Below are positions 35,162 through 45,581 of a stretch of DNA of 64,000 nt, one piece after another. The notes below the pieces were generated by a model that was given only the letters and a program-made list of their open reading frames with translations, searched no databases and was not told the DNA's origin. The translations under genes and the position numbers were made by a program. Position 1 is the first letter of the stretch. Each line of letters opens with the position of its first letter. Source of the stretch: Escherichia coli (GTDB taxonomy: Bacteria > Pseudomonadota > Gammaproteobacteria > Enterobacterales > Enterobacteriaceae); the NCBI RefSeq assembly GCF_009931435.1, contig NZ_CP043414.1; one strand, written 5' to 3'.

Positions 35162-35647
35162 ATGGCAAACATCGTGTTATGTCGCATTGACAGCCGTCTT
35201 ATCCACGGACAGGTGGTGACGAAGTGGGTGGGGCAATCCCAGGCCAACCGTATTGCGGTGGTCAGCGACGAGCTGGATGCCGATCCGTTTATGAAAAATA
35301 TCTACCTGATGGCCGCGCCGCCGAATATCAAAGTGGACTGCTTCAGCAACCAGAGCTTCGCGGCCGCGTGGAAAGACAACCAGCTGGGCGACGGCAACGT
35401 GCTGGTGCTGTTCCCGTCGCTGGCGGCGATTCAGGAAGCGGTGCAGCAGGGCTTTGACGTGGCTGATATTCAGGTTGGCGGCTTAGGCGGCGGGCCAAAC
35501 CGTAAAGCGGTGTTCCAGAACATAACTCTGGATGAAAAAGACGTTGGCATTCTTAACGATTTGAAAAGTCGCGGCATTAAGGCTGTTTTCCAGACCATCC
35601 CGGAAGATAAGCCGCAGTCGCTGGACGATATCCTGAAAAAATTCTGA
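35162..35647 (+). CDS. PTS mannose/sorbose-family EIIB component (DgaB-like)
   Basis: 161 aa; MANIVLCRIDSRLIHGQVVTKW is the EIIB-Man N-terminal signature including the phospho-His. Confidence 0.8.
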   Translation: MANIVLCRIDSRLIHGQVVTKWVGQSQANRIAVVSDELDADPFMKNIYLMAAPPNIKVDCFSNQSFAAAWKDNQLGDGNVLVLFPSLAAIQEAVQQGFDVADIQVGGLGGGPNRKAVFQNITLDEKDVGILNDLKSRGIKAVFQTIPEDKPQSLDDILKKF

Positions 35648-35672
35648 CCCTCTGAACATGGGATAACAAATT

Positions 35673-36422
35673 ATGGATACCTTACTTTTTGCAAGCCTGA
35701 TGGGGCTGTATTACTGGTTTGCCCGGTTGCGCCTTGGCTATACCTTCTCCGCCATGCTGTTACAGCCAGTGGTGGTGGCGGTCTTTGTCGGCCTGCTGCT
35801 CGGCAACATGCCTGCGGCGATGATTATCGGCGCGGGGATGCAGTTGGTATATCTGGGTGTGACCTCAACGCCAGGCGGCAATGTGCCGTCAGACCCGGCG
35901 CTGGCGGCCTGTATCGCCATTCCTATCGCCGTTAAGGCCAATATGGACCCGAACCTGGCGATTGCACTGGCGATTCCATTTGGCGTTATCGGCGTATTCC
36001 TCGACCAGTTGCGTCGCACGCTAAATGCGGCCTGGGTGCATATGGCCGATAAACACGCGGAAACGGCCAATATGTCAGCCATTATGCGCTGCGCCTTTCT
36101 CTACCCGGCGCTGCTGGGGCTGGTGCTACGTTTCCCAGTGGTGTTCGCCGCCAACTACTTCGGCCAGAACGTAGTGGAAAGTTTCCTCAAGCTGATGCCG
36201 CACTGGCTGACCCACTCGTTTGAAATCATGGGCGGGATTCTCCCGGCGCTGGGCTTCGCCATCACCATTATGGTGATTGGTAAAAAGAGCCTACTGCCGT
36301 GGTTTATCGGCGGATTCTTCGCGGTGCTGTACCTCAAGGTGGACATCATGGCGATGGCGATTTTCGGCACCTGCGTGGCCTTCCTGATTAAAGGCCTGGC
36401 GAAAAATGAAGGAGCGGCATAA
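35673..36422 (+). CDS. PTS mannose-family EIIC component (DgaC-like)
   Basis: 249 aa polytopic membrane protein in EIIB-EIIC-EIID order. Confidence 0.8.
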   Translation: MDTLLFASLMGLYYWFARLRLGYTFSAMLLQPVVVAVFVGLLLGNMPAAMIIGAGMQLVYLGVTSTPGGNVPSDPALAACIAIPIAVKANMDPNLAIALAIPFGVIGVFLDQLRRTLNAAWVHMADKHAETANMSAIMRCAFLYPALLGLVLRFPVVFAANYFGQNVVESFLKLMPHWLTHSFEIMGGILPALGFAITIMVIGKKSLLPWFIGGFFAVLYLKVDIMAMAIFGTCVAFLIKGLAKNEGAA

Positions 36423-37279
36423 TGAGCGGCGGCGTAATGCAGCATGAACTGGTGGAGCGCGCGCGGGAGTCCGGGGCGCTGACCAAAGCGGATATCACCA
36501 AAGCGTGGTTTATCTACTGGCTTGGCGCGGAAGTTTCCAGCTCCTATGAGCGTTTACAGAGCCTGATTTTCTGCGCCTCGATGACGCCGATTATTAAAAA
36601 GCTCTATCCGCAAAAGGAGGAGCAGGTGGAGGCGTTAAAACGCCATCTGAACTTCTTCAACTCAGAGCAGACGTTTGGCGCGGTGATCCAGGGGATCTCC
36701 ATCGCCATGGAAGAGCAAAAGACCCGCGGCGAGGCGATTAACGATGCCTCTATCACCGGGATTAAAACCGGCCTGATGGGGCCGCTGGCCGGAATGGGCG
36801 ACTCCATCATCTGGGCGGCCGTGATGCCGCTGTTGATTGCTATTTTTATCCCGTTCGCCGCCAATGGCAGCGCAATGGGCGGTATTTTGCCGCTGATTCT
36901 CTACCCGGCGATTACGCTGGCAATCAGCTACGGCATGGTGCACAAGGGCTATACGCTAGGGCGCGATTCGATTATCAGCCTGCTGCAGGGGGGGCGCATC
37001 AAGGAGCTTATCTACGGCGCTAACGTACTGGGGCTTATCATGATGGGTGCGCTATCCGCGAGCTTTGTCAAGATAACCTCACCTTTAAAAATTAGCGCAC
37101 TGAAAGGCTCTGAAGTGGTGGTACAGCAGATTCTTGACTCCATCGCGCCCGGCCTACTGCCGCTGGCGGCAGTGTTCGCGATCTACTTCTATCAGGTGAA
37201 AAAGGGACCGCGTTACACCACGATTTTGCTGTCAATTGTGGCGTTGAGCGTGGTCTGCTCGCTGCTGGGAGTGCTGTAA
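36422..37279 (+). CDS. PTS mannose-family EIID component (DgaD-like)
   Basis: 285 aa; start shares one nt with the EIIC stop; soluble N-terminal part then membrane helices, typical of EIID-Man. Confidence 0.8.
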   Translation: MSGGVMQHELVERARESGALTKADITKAWFIYWLGAEVSSSYERLQSLIFCASMTPIIKKLYPQKEEQVEALKRHLNFFNSEQTFGAVIQGISIAMEEQKTRGEAINDASITGIKTGLMGPLAGMGDSIIWAAVMPLLIAIFIPFAANGSAMGGILPLILYPAITLAISYGMVHKGYTLGRDSIISLLQGGRIKELIYGANVLGLIMMGALSASFVKITSPLKISALKGSEVVVQQILDSIAPGLLPLAAVFAIYFYQVKKGPRYTTILLSIVALSVVCSLLGVL

Positions 37280-37282
37280 GCC

Positions 37283-38392
37283 ATGACGCAGAATATCTAT
37301 CAACAACTGGGGCTGAAACAAGTGATTAACGCTTGCGGTAAGATGACGATTCTCGGCGTCTCCAGTGTCGCGCCGGAGGTGATGCAGGCCACCGCGCGTG
37401 CGGCATCCTCTTTCGTGGAGATTGATCAGCTGGTGGACAAAACCGGCGAGCTGGTCTCTCGCTTTACCGGGGCGGAGGATAGCTACGTTACCTCCTGCGC
37501 CTCGGCAGGGATCGCCATCGCTATCGCCGCCGCCATTACCCGCGGCGACAAGGCCCGGGTGGCGCTCATGCCGGATAGCTCCGGCATGGCCAATGAAGTG
37601 GTGATGCTGCGCGGCCATAACGTCGATTACGGCGCATCGATCCTCAGCGCGATCCGCTTAGGCGGCGGGCGCGTGGTGGAGGTGGGGTCAAGTAACCTGG
37701 CGGCTCTCTGGCAGCTGGAGAGTGCCATTACCGACGCGACCGCCGCGCTGCTGTATGTGAAGTCGCATCACTGCGTGCAGAAGGGGATGTTGAACATCGA
37801 GGACTTCGCCCAAGTCGCGCAGATGCACAACCTGCCGTTGATTGTCGATGCCGCCGCCGAAGAGGATTTACGTGCCTGGGTGGTGAGCGGAGCGGATATG
37901 GTGGTCTACAGCGGCGCAAAAGCCTTTAACGCGCCTACCTCCGGGTTTATCACTGGTAAAAAAATCTGGATTGCAGCCTGTAAAGCGCAGCATTACGGCA
38001 TTGCCAGGGCGATGAAAATCGGCAAGGAGAACATGGTTGGGCTGGTTTACGCGCTGGAGAATTATCACCAGGGGCAGGCAATCATCACCGCGGAACAGCT
38101 CCAGCCAGTGGTTGAAGCGATTTCTGCGATTCACGGGTTAACGGCTGATATTGAGCAGGATGAAGCCGGGCGTGCAATCTGGCGTATTCGTATTCGGGTA
38201 AATGCGCAAGAATTTGGAGTTGCCGCTCGCGTCGTCGAAGCGCAACTGCGTGGTGGCGATATCGCGATTTATACACGGCGGTATAACCTCCACCAGGGCG
38301 TTTTTAGCCTTGATCCGCGTACGGTGGCGGATGGGGAGATGGCGCTTATCGTGGCGCGACTGAAGGAGATTGCAGATCATGCAAAAGATTAA
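37283..38392 (+). CDS. SelA-like PLP-dependent enzyme, putative sugar-acid-6-phosphate ammonia-lyase (DgaE-like)
   Basis: 369 aa; Gly/Ala-rich fold-type I PLP-like core (SCASAGIAIAIAAAI, SGAKAF with candidate PLP lysine); follows the PTS genes. Confidence 0.65.
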   Translation: MTQNIYQQLGLKQVINACGKMTILGVSSVAPEVMQATARAASSFVEIDQLVDKTGELVSRFTGAEDSYVTSCASAGIAIAIAAAITRGDKARVALMPDSSGMANEVVMLRGHNVDYGASILSAIRLGGGRVVEVGSSNLAALWQLESAITDATAALLYVKSHHCVQKGMLNIEDFAQVAQMHNLPLIVDAAAEEDLRAWVVSGADMVVYSGAKAFNAPTSGFITGKKIWIAACKAQHYGIARAMKIGKENMVGLVYALENYHQGQAIITAEQLQPVVEAISAIHGLTADIEQDEAGRAIWRIRIRVNAQEFGVAARVVEAQLRGGDIAIYTRRYNLHQGVFSLDPRTVADGEMALIVARLKEIADHAKD

Positions 38393-39122
38393 TTTCTATC
38401 ATAATCGTGTGGCAATTAATGTGCTGGCGAAAGATATCGCCAATGCCCGTGAAATCTATGACGCCGCCGAAGGCCACGCGGTGATTGGCGTGCTTTCCGC
38501 GCAGTTCTCCTCGGTGGATGAGGGGATCCAGGAAGTTAAACGTTGGATGGCGGAAATACCGTCCATTTCAGTAGGTCTGGGGGCGGGTGACCCGGCGCAG
38601 TATTACAAAGCTGCGATGATTGCGGCGCAGATTCATCCAGCACACGTTAACCAGACCTTTACCGGTTGTGGTTTCGCGGCAGGCGCGCTTGCGACGACGG
38701 GCGGTGAGCAGACCCATGTCAACGCGCTGGTTAGCCCGACGGGAACGCCGGGCGAAGTGCTGATTTCCACTGGCGTTAGCAGCAGCCAGGGTACGCCTGC
38801 CCGCGTATCCTGCGATACGGCAGTGCGAATGATGCTAGATATGGGCGCACACGCGGCGAAGTTCTTTCCGATGGGCGGCGAGAAGTCGCTTCCGGAGCTA
38901 TACGCGCTGGCGACCACGGCGGCGCGCAATGGTATGACGCTGATTGAGCCAACCGGCGGGATTGATTTGGATAACTTCAGTGTGATTCTAAAAACTTGTC
39001 TGGAGGCGGGTGTGCCGCGCATTATGCCGCATGTTTACAGCTCGATTATAGACCCTGATACGGGATATACCCGACCGGATGATGTAGCCGTTTTGCTGAA
39101 TAAAGTGAAATCACTACTCTGA
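38379..39122 (+). CDS. Putative KDGP/KDPG-type aldolase (DgaF-like), family assignment tentative
   Basis: About 247 aa from ATG at 38379 (the track ORF starts 9 nt earlier at a TTG); overlaps the end of the preceding gene; last gene of the operon. Confidence 0.55.
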   Translation: MQKINFYHNRVAINVLAKDIANAREIYDAAEGHAVIGVLSAQFSSVDEGIQEVKRWMAEIPSISVGLGAGDPAQYYKAAMIAAQIHPAHVNQTFTGCGFAAGALATTGGEQTHVNALVSPTGTPGEVLISTGVSSSQGTPARVSCDTAVRMMLDMGAHAAKFFPMGGEKSLPELYALATTAARNGMTLIEPTGGIDLDNFSVILKTCLEAGVPRIMPHVYSSIIDPDTGYTRPDDVAVLLNKVKSLL

Positions 39123-39177
39123 TCGGGGATTCAGGCGTTACCGACCTACAATTATGTTGTAGATCGGTATGTCTGAC

Positions 39178-39936
39178 TTATTTTATCCCATCCGCGCTCA
39201 TACGATCGCGAATATGCTGGGCGCGTTCGGCGGATGCCGGATGGTCGTCAAACATTGAGCTTTGGCGGCCTTCTTCCAGTTTCGCCAGTTTTTCAAAGCT
39301 GGTGGCAAGACCAGCCGGGCTGATGCCGCGTTGGCGCAGAAGATCGTAAGAATAATCATCGGCTTCTGCTTCCTGGCGCTGGGAGAATTGCGAATTGACT
39401 AATTTCTCGCCCAGATCACCAAGTTGCGATTGCGATAAACTGCCGACAATCCCGCCCGCAGAGGCTGCCGCGACTCTCACGGCGTTGGTACCTAATGCAA
39501 CTTGCATCCCTTTCTTCACATGGCCTAACGCGACGTGCCCCATTTCGTGACCGATCACCGCTTCGACTTCGTTATCCGTCATCATATCCATTAGCCCGCT
39601 ATAGACGCGGATACAGCCGTTAGCCATTGCAAAGGCGTTCACATCCTTCGCCATATACACTTTGTAATTCACCGGCTGACCGTTGATATTGTTGCCTAGC
39701 GCATTGGCAATAGTTGTCAGACGTTTAGCGTATTCGCTATTGGCTGGCGCAATCGTCGCCTTGCTGTCCATCTCCTGACATGCCTGATCGCTCAGGGCTT
39801 TCACCTGCGCATCACTCAAACTGTAAGCCTGAAAAGCTTCCGCTCCTGATGAGAGCAGTCCGTTGGAGTCCATATTCTGGCAACCGGTCAGTACCGTTGC
39901 CACGCTCATTGCTACCAATAAGGCGCGAATTTTCAT
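39178..39936 (-). CDS. loiP: Periplasmic/outer-membrane M48 metalloprotease LoiP (YggG)
   Basis: ORF trimmed to MKIRALLVAMSVATVLTGC start (252 aa); HEMGH zinc motif. Confidence 0.9.
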   Translation of the reverse strand: MKIRALLVAMSVATVLTGCQNMDSNGLLSSGAEAFQAYSLSDAQVKALSDQACQEMDSKATIAPANSEYAKRLTTIANALGNNINGQPVNYKVYMAKDVNAFAMANGCIRVYSGLMDMMTDNEVEAVIGHEMGHVALGHVKKGMQVALGTNAVRVAAASAGGIVGSLSQSQLGDLGEKLVNSQFSQRQEAEADDYSYDLLRQRGISPAGLATSFEKLAKLEEGRQSSMFDDHPASAERAQHIRDRMSADGIK

Positions 39937-40213
39937 GTTTTCTCTTCCGCACAAGGTCAGGATTATTCTAAAAATGCGCCGTTTGCAGGTGAATCGACGC
40001 TCAGTCTCAGTATAAGGAAAAGCGCAGCGGACGGGCGAGCAGATTGCGCAACATGCGAGCATGATCCAGAGATTTCTGAAGCGGCAAAAGGATGTTCCAT
40101 GTACATGACGCGCGGCTTGCGGTAAATTGTTGGCAAATTTTCCGGCGTAGCCCAAAACGCGCTGTCGTCAAGTCGTTAAGGGCGTGCCCTTCATCATCCG
40201 ATCTGGAGTCAAA

Positions 40214-42205
40214 ATGTCCTCACGTAAAGAGCTTGCCAATGCTATTCGTGCGCTGAGCATGGACGCAGTACAGAAAGCCAAATCCGGTCACCCGGGTGCC
40301 CCTATGGGTATGGCTGACATTGCCGAAGTCCTGTGGCGTGATTTCCTGAAACACAACCCGCAGAATCCGTCCTGGGCTGACCGTGACCGCTTCGTGCTGT
40401 CCAACGGCCACGGCTCCATGCTGATCTACAGCCTGCTGCACCTCACCGGTTACGATCTGCCGATGGAAGAACTGAAAAACTTCCGTCAACTGCATTCCAA
40501 AACTCCGGGCCACCCGGAAGTGGGTTACACCGCTGGTGTGGAAACCACTACAGGTCCGCTGGGTCAGGGTATTGCCAATGCAGTCGGTATGGCGATTGCA
40601 GAAAAAACGCTGGCGGCACAGTTTAACCGTCCGGGCCACGACATCGTCGACCACTACACCTACGCCTTCATGGGCGACGGCTGCATGATGGAAGGCATCT
40701 CCCATGAAGTTTGCTCTCTGGCGGGTACGCTGAAGCTGGGTAAACTGATTGCGTTCTACGATGACAACGGTATCTCTATCGATGGTCACGTTGAAGGCTG
40801 GTTCACCGACGACACCGCAATGCGTTTCGAAGCTTACGGCTGGCACGTTATTCGCGGCATCGACGGTCATGACGCGGCATCCATCAAACGCGCAGTAGAA
40901 GAAGCGCGCGCAGTGACTGACAAACCGTCCCTGCTGATGTGCAAAACCATCATCGGTTTCGGTTCACCGAACAAAGCCGGTACGCACGACTCCCACGGTG
41001 CGCCGCTGGGCGACGCTGAAATTGCCCTGACCCGCGAACAGCTGGGCTGGAAATATGCACCGTTCGAAATCCCGTCTGAAATCTATGCTCAGTGGGATGC
41101 GAAAGAAGCAGGCCAGGCGAAAGAATCCGCATGGAACGAGAAATTCGCTGCTTACGCCAAAGCTTATCCGCAGGAAGCCGCTGAATTTACCCGCCGTATG
41201 AAAGGCGAAATGCCGTCTGACTTCGATGCCAAAGCGAAAGAATTCATCGCTAAACTGCAGGCTAATCCGGCGAAAATCGCCAGCCGTAAAGCGTCTCAGA
41301 ATGCGATTGAAGCGTTCGGCCCGCTGTTGCCGGAATTCCTCGGCGGCTCTGCTGACCTGGCACCGTCTAACCTGACCCTGTGGTCTGGTTCTAAAGCAAT
41401 CAACGAAGATGCTGCGGGTAACTACATCCACTATGGTGTTCGCGAGTTCGGTATGACCGCGATTGCTAACGGTATCTCCCTGCACGGTGGCTTCCTGCCG
41501 TACACCTCCACCTTCCTGATGTTCGTGGAATACGCACGTAACGCCGTACGTATGGCTGCGCTGATGAAACAGCGTCAGGTGATGGTTTACACCCACGACT
41601 CCATCGGTCTGGGCGAAGATGGCCCGACTCACCAGCCGGTAGAGCAGGTCGCTTCTCTGCGCGTGACCCCGAACATGTCCACATGGCGTCCGTGTGACCA
41701 GGTTGAATCCGCGGTCGCGTGGAAATACGGCGTTGAGCGTCAGGACGGCCCGACTGCGCTTATCCTCTCCCGTCAGAACCTGGCGCAGCAGGAACGCACT
41801 GAAGAGCAGCTGGCAAACATCGCGCGCGGTGGTTATGTGCTGAAAGACTGTGCCGGTCAGCCGGAACTGATCTTCATCGCTACCGGTTCTGAAGTTGAAC
41901 TGGCGGTTGCTGCCTACGAAAAACTGACTGCTGAAGGCGTGAAAGCGCGCGTGGTTTCCATGCCGTCTACCGACGCATTCGACAAGCAGGATGCGGCTTA
42001 CCGTGAGTCTGTACTGCCGAAAGCGGTTACTGCACGCGTTGCGGTGGAAGCTGGCATTGCTGACTACTGGTACAAGTATGTTGGCCTGAACGGTGCTATC
42101 GTCGGCATGACCACCTTCGGTGAATCTGCTCCGGCAGAGCTGCTGTTTGAAGAGTTCGGCTTCACCGTTGACAATGTTGTTGCGAAAGCAAAAGAACTGC
42201 TGTAA
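40214..42205 (+). CDS. tktA: Transketolase 1
   Basis: ORF trimmed to [35 protein letters not shown] start (663 aa). Confidence 0.95.
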   Translation: MSSRKELANAIRALSMDAVQKAKSGHPGAPMGMADIAEVLWRDFLKHNPQNPSWADRDRFVLSNGHGSMLIYSLLHLTGYDLPMEELKNFRQLHSKTPGHPEVGYTAGVETTTGPLGQGIANAVGMAIAEKTLAAQFNRPGHDIVDHYTYAFMGDGCMMEGISHEVCSLAGTLKLGKLIAFYDDNGISIDGHVEGWFTDDTAMRFEAYGWHVIRGIDGHDAASIKRAVEEARAVTDKPSLLMCKTIIGFGSPNKAGTHDSHGAPLGDAEIALTREQLGWKYAPFEIPSEIYAQWDAKEAGQAKESAWNEKFAAYAKAYPQEAAEFTRRMKGEMPSDFDAKAKEFIAKLQANPAKIASRKASQNAIEAFGPLLPEFLGGSADLAPSNLTLWSGSKAINEDAAGNYIHYGVREFGMTAIANGISLHGGFLPYTSTFLMFVEYARNAVRMAALMKQRQVMVYTHDSIGLGEDGPTHQPVEQVASLRVTPNMSTWRPCDQVESAVAWKYGVERQDGPTALILSRQNLAQQERTEEQLANIARGGYVLKDCAGQPELIFIATGSEVELAVAAYEKLTAEGVKARVVSMPSTDAFDKQDAAYRESVLPKAVTARVAVEAGIADYWYKYVGLNGAIVGMTTFGESAPAELLFEEFGFTVDNVVAKAKELL

Positions 42206-42213
42206 TCGGTAAG

Positions 42214-42420
<207 letters not shown>

Positions 42421-42423
42421 TTT

Positions 42424-43332
42424 TTACTTAGTAGAGATAAACGGAACTGTACTGCCGGGGATCATGGTATCGGGTAGCTTACCGTCCCAACGCTCAGCAG
42501 TGGTGAGGGCAACAAGTCCGGGATTATCCCGCAGAGCTTCACCGCGCAGGCGGATCGCTTCTGCTTCAGCCGCACTTTTTAAACGAATAGTTTCAGCCTC
42601 TGCCGCGCCTCTTACGCGAATAGTCTCAGCTTCTGCTTTGGCTGCCGCCAGTTTACTGTCTGCTTCTGCCTGGGCCTGAGTTACCGCTATTTGCGCCTGG
42701 ATTTTCTCTGTTTCCAGATTTTGCTTACGTGTGGCAATGGCGACTTCTGCTTTCATTCGATCTTCAATCGATTTTTCATAAGCGTCAGAAAAATCAATAT
42801 TTTCAATCTGGACACCATCAATCACCACCGGGCCAACAACGGCTTTACGCATTGCATTTTGCAGATCCTGAACCAGTTTTGTACGATCCTGTACCGCGCT
42901 GATGGCGGTATATTGGCCGAAAACGTTCTCCAGTTGGGTTGGCAGCTGGCGGACGATCAGACGCTCTTTTAAAGATTCAATGGTGTTGTAGGTTGTATAA
43001 ACTGCGCCAGCTTCTGAAGGCTTAATATGAAAACTAACCGACACGGTCATTTGTGCCGGTTGCTGGTCGCGGCTGTAGGCCTGTAATCCCTGATAAACCA
43101 CAGCCTGATTACGCGTGGAAATTTTCTCTACGCTTTCCATAAAAGGGATCTTAAAACCCAGACCCGGCTCGGCAACTTTTACGATTTTTCCGTAGCGCAG
43201 CAAAATGCCGCGTTCACCTTCATTAACGGTGTAATACGAGAGAAATGGCAGCACAACCACGGTAAGCACGCCAATGGCGATAGCAATAGATTTTTGTGGG
43301 CGAAATGAGGTTATTGAAACAGGCGCTTTCAT
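42424..43332 (-). CDS. SPFH/band-7 (HflC/prohibitin-like) membrane protein (not a K-12 gene at this position, from memory)
   Basis: 302 aa; N-terminal TM (IAIAIGVLTVVVLPFL), then SPFH-like core and Ala/Glu-rich coiled-coil repeats (AEAETIRVRGAAEAETIRLKSAAEAEAIRLRGEA). Confidence 0.75.
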   Translation of the reverse strand: MKAPVSITSFRPQKSIAIAIGVLTVVVLPFLSYYTVNEGERGILLRYGKIVKVAEPGLGFKIPFMESVEKISTRNQAVVYQGLQAYSRDQQPAQMTVSVSFHIKPSEAGAVYTTYNTIESLKERLIVRQLPTQLENVFGQYTAISAVQDRTKLVQDLQNAMRKAVVGPVVIDGVQIENIDFSDAYEKSIEDRMKAEVAIATRKQNLETEKIQAQIAVTQAQAEADSKLAAAKAEAETIRVRGAAEAETIRLKSAAEAEAIRLRGEALRDNPGLVALTTAERWDGKLPDTMIPGSTVPFISTK

Positions 43333-43707
43333 GAGAATCTTCCTTGAGTAAAGTGTGGGAATATGTCACATGAGGTGAGGAGAAAACAGCCAACAGGTGA
43401 GAATTCAGAATCTATAAAGGGGGAGAGCGAAAAACATCGGCTAAAAAAGTATGTTTTCGAACATTCAATAGATAAATAGAGATATGCATCACAAATACAT
43501 AGGCAGATAAAACATTGGTTTTGTGATAAACATAACAAACACAAACTTGACTTTATAAGTATAAATTTCATGTTGTTGTTATTTAACATTTTATTATTTT
43601 GGTTCATGTTTTTTTTCTTCTCGCGTGCCCAATTGCTTTCATTAAATCGCACGAGTATTTTATTTTTACCGCCGGACGGTACCCTAAAAATAAAATAAGG
43701 ATAATTT

Positions 43708-44151
43708 ATGCGGCTTATTGATTATTTTCCAGAATCATCAATCTCAGTTATACATTCAGCAAAAGATTGGCAGGAAGCTATCAATTTCTCGATGGCATCA
43801 TTGCTGGATAAAAACTATATCAGCGAGAATTACATTCAGGCTATTAAAGATTCCACCATTAACAATGGCCCTTATTATATTCTCGCACCAGGCGTGGCAA
43901 TGCCTCATGCGCGACCGGAATGTGGGGCGCTTAAAACCGGGATGTCTTTGACGTTACTTAAACAAGGCGTTTATTTTCCGGGGAATGACGAACCGATTAA
44001 ATTACTTATCGGTCTTTCTGCTGCCGATGCCGATTCGCACATTGGCGCTATTCAGGCGTTAAGTGAATTGCTGTGCGAAGAAGAAATACTTGAACAACTC
44101 TTAACTGCAACATCAGAAAAACAATTAGCGGACATTATCAGCCGCGAATAA
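43708..44151 (+). CDS. cmtB: Cryptic mannitol-type PTS EIIA
   Basis: 147 aa, same size as K-12 CmtB; immediately upstream of a mannitol-family EIICB. Confidence 0.85.
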   Translation: MRLIDYFPESSISVIHSAKDWQEAINFSMASLLDKNYISENYIQAIKDSTINNGPYYILAPGVAMPHARPECGALKTGMSLTLLKQGVYFPGNDEPIKLLIGLSAADADSHIGAIQALSELLCEEEILEQLLTATSEKQLADIISRE

Positions 44152-44178
44152 TGACTCTCTCCTCTACAGGATAATATT

Positions 44179-45567
44179 ATGGAAAACAAGTCTGCTCGTG
44201 CAAAGGTCCAGGCTTTTGGGGGCTTTTTGACGGCAATGGTCATCCCCAATATTGGTGCTTTTATTGCCTGGGGTTTTATTACTGCATTATTTATTCCTAC
44301 TGGTTGGCTGCCTAACGAACATTTCGCCAAAATTGTCGGCCCGATGATTACCTATTTATTGCCCGTAATGATTGGTTCTACCGGTGGCCATTTAGTCGGC
44401 GGTAAACGCGGCGCAGTCATGGGCGGAATAGGGACAATTGGTGTAATCGTCGGCGCAGAAATCCCGATGTTCCTTGGTTCAATGATCATGGGACCGTTAG
44501 GTGGGCTGGTCATAAAATATGTCGATAAGGCACTGGAAAAACGCATACCTGCTGGTTTTGAGATGGTTATCAATAACTTCTCATTAGGTATCACCGGGAT
44601 GCTCCTTTGTCTGCTGGGTTTTGAAGTTATCGGCCCGGCGGTGTTAATTGCCAATACTTTCGTCAAAGAGTGTATTGAGGCGCTGGTACATGCGGGCTAT
44701 CTGCCTTTGCTGTCAGTCATCAATGAACCGGCGAAAGTGCTTTTCCTCAATAACGCGATAGATCAGGGCGTCTATTACCCGTTGGGGATGCAACAGGCTT
44801 CAGTTAACGGTAAATCCATCTTCTTTATGGTGGCGTCCAACCCTGGGCCTGGCTTAGGACTGCTGCTGGCGTTTACTTTGTTTGGTAAAGGGATGAGTAA
44901 ACGTTCTGCGCCCGGGGCGATGATTATTCACTTCCTCGGTGGGATCCACGAACTGTATTTCCCGTATGTGCTGATGAAGCCGCTGACCATTATTGCCATG
45001 ATTGCCGGCGGTATGTCTGGCACCTGGATGTTTAACTTACTGGACGGTGGTCTGGTGGCTGGTCCAAGTCCGGGGTCTATCTTTGCTTACCTTGCACTGA
45101 CGCCGAAAGGCTCGTTCCTGGCGACAATTGCCGGTGTTACGGTAGGTACCCTGGTGTCCTTTGCTATCACTTCCGTAATACTGAAGATGGAAAAAACGGT
45201 GGAAACGGAGAGCGAAGATGAGTTTGTGCAGTCCGCCAATGCGGTTAAGGCGATGAAACAAGAAGGTACATTCTCGTTAAGCCGGGTTAAGCGTATCGCC
45301 TTTGTTTGCGATGCGGGAATGGGCTCTAGCGCGATGGGCGCAACCACCTTCCGTAAGCGCCTGGAAAAAGCGGGGCTGGCAATAGAAGTAAAACATTACG
45401 CGATAGAAAACGTGCCTGCAGATGTGGATATCGTCGTTACTCACGCTAGTCTGGAAGGGCGCGTGAAACGTGTGACGGATAAACCGCTGATATTGATTAA
45501 TAACTATATTGGCGATCCCAAACTCGACACTTTATTTAATCAATTAACCGCTGAACATAAAAACTGA
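44179..45567 (+). CDS. cmtA: Cryptic mannitol-type PTS EIICB
   Basis: 462 aa; polytopic EIIC then C-terminal EIIB with CDAGMGSSAMG phospho-Cys motif. Confidence 0.85.
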   Translation: MENKSARAKVQAFGGFLTAMVIPNIGAFIAWGFITALFIPTGWLPNEHFAKIVGPMITYLLPVMIGSTGGHLVGGKRGAVMGGIGTIGVIVGAEIPMFLGSMIMGPLGGLVIKYVDKALEKRIPAGFEMVINNFSLGITGMLLCLLGFEVIGPAVLIANTFVKECIEALVHAGYLPLLSVINEPAKVLFLNNAIDQGVYYPLGMQQASVNGKSIFFMVASNPGPGLGLLLAFTLFGKGMSKRSAPGAMIIHFLGGIHELYFPYVLMKPLTIIAMIAGGMSGTWMFNLLDGGLVAGPSPGSIFAYLALTPKGSFLATIAGVTVGTLVSFAITSVILKMEKTVETESEDEFVQSANAVKAMKQEGTFSLSRVKRIAFVCDAGMGSSAMGATTFRKRLEKAGLAIEVKHYAIENVPADVDIVVTHASLEGRVKRVTDKPLILINNYIGDPKLDTLFNQLTAEHKN

Positions 45568-45581
45568 TTGCCGAGGTAAAA

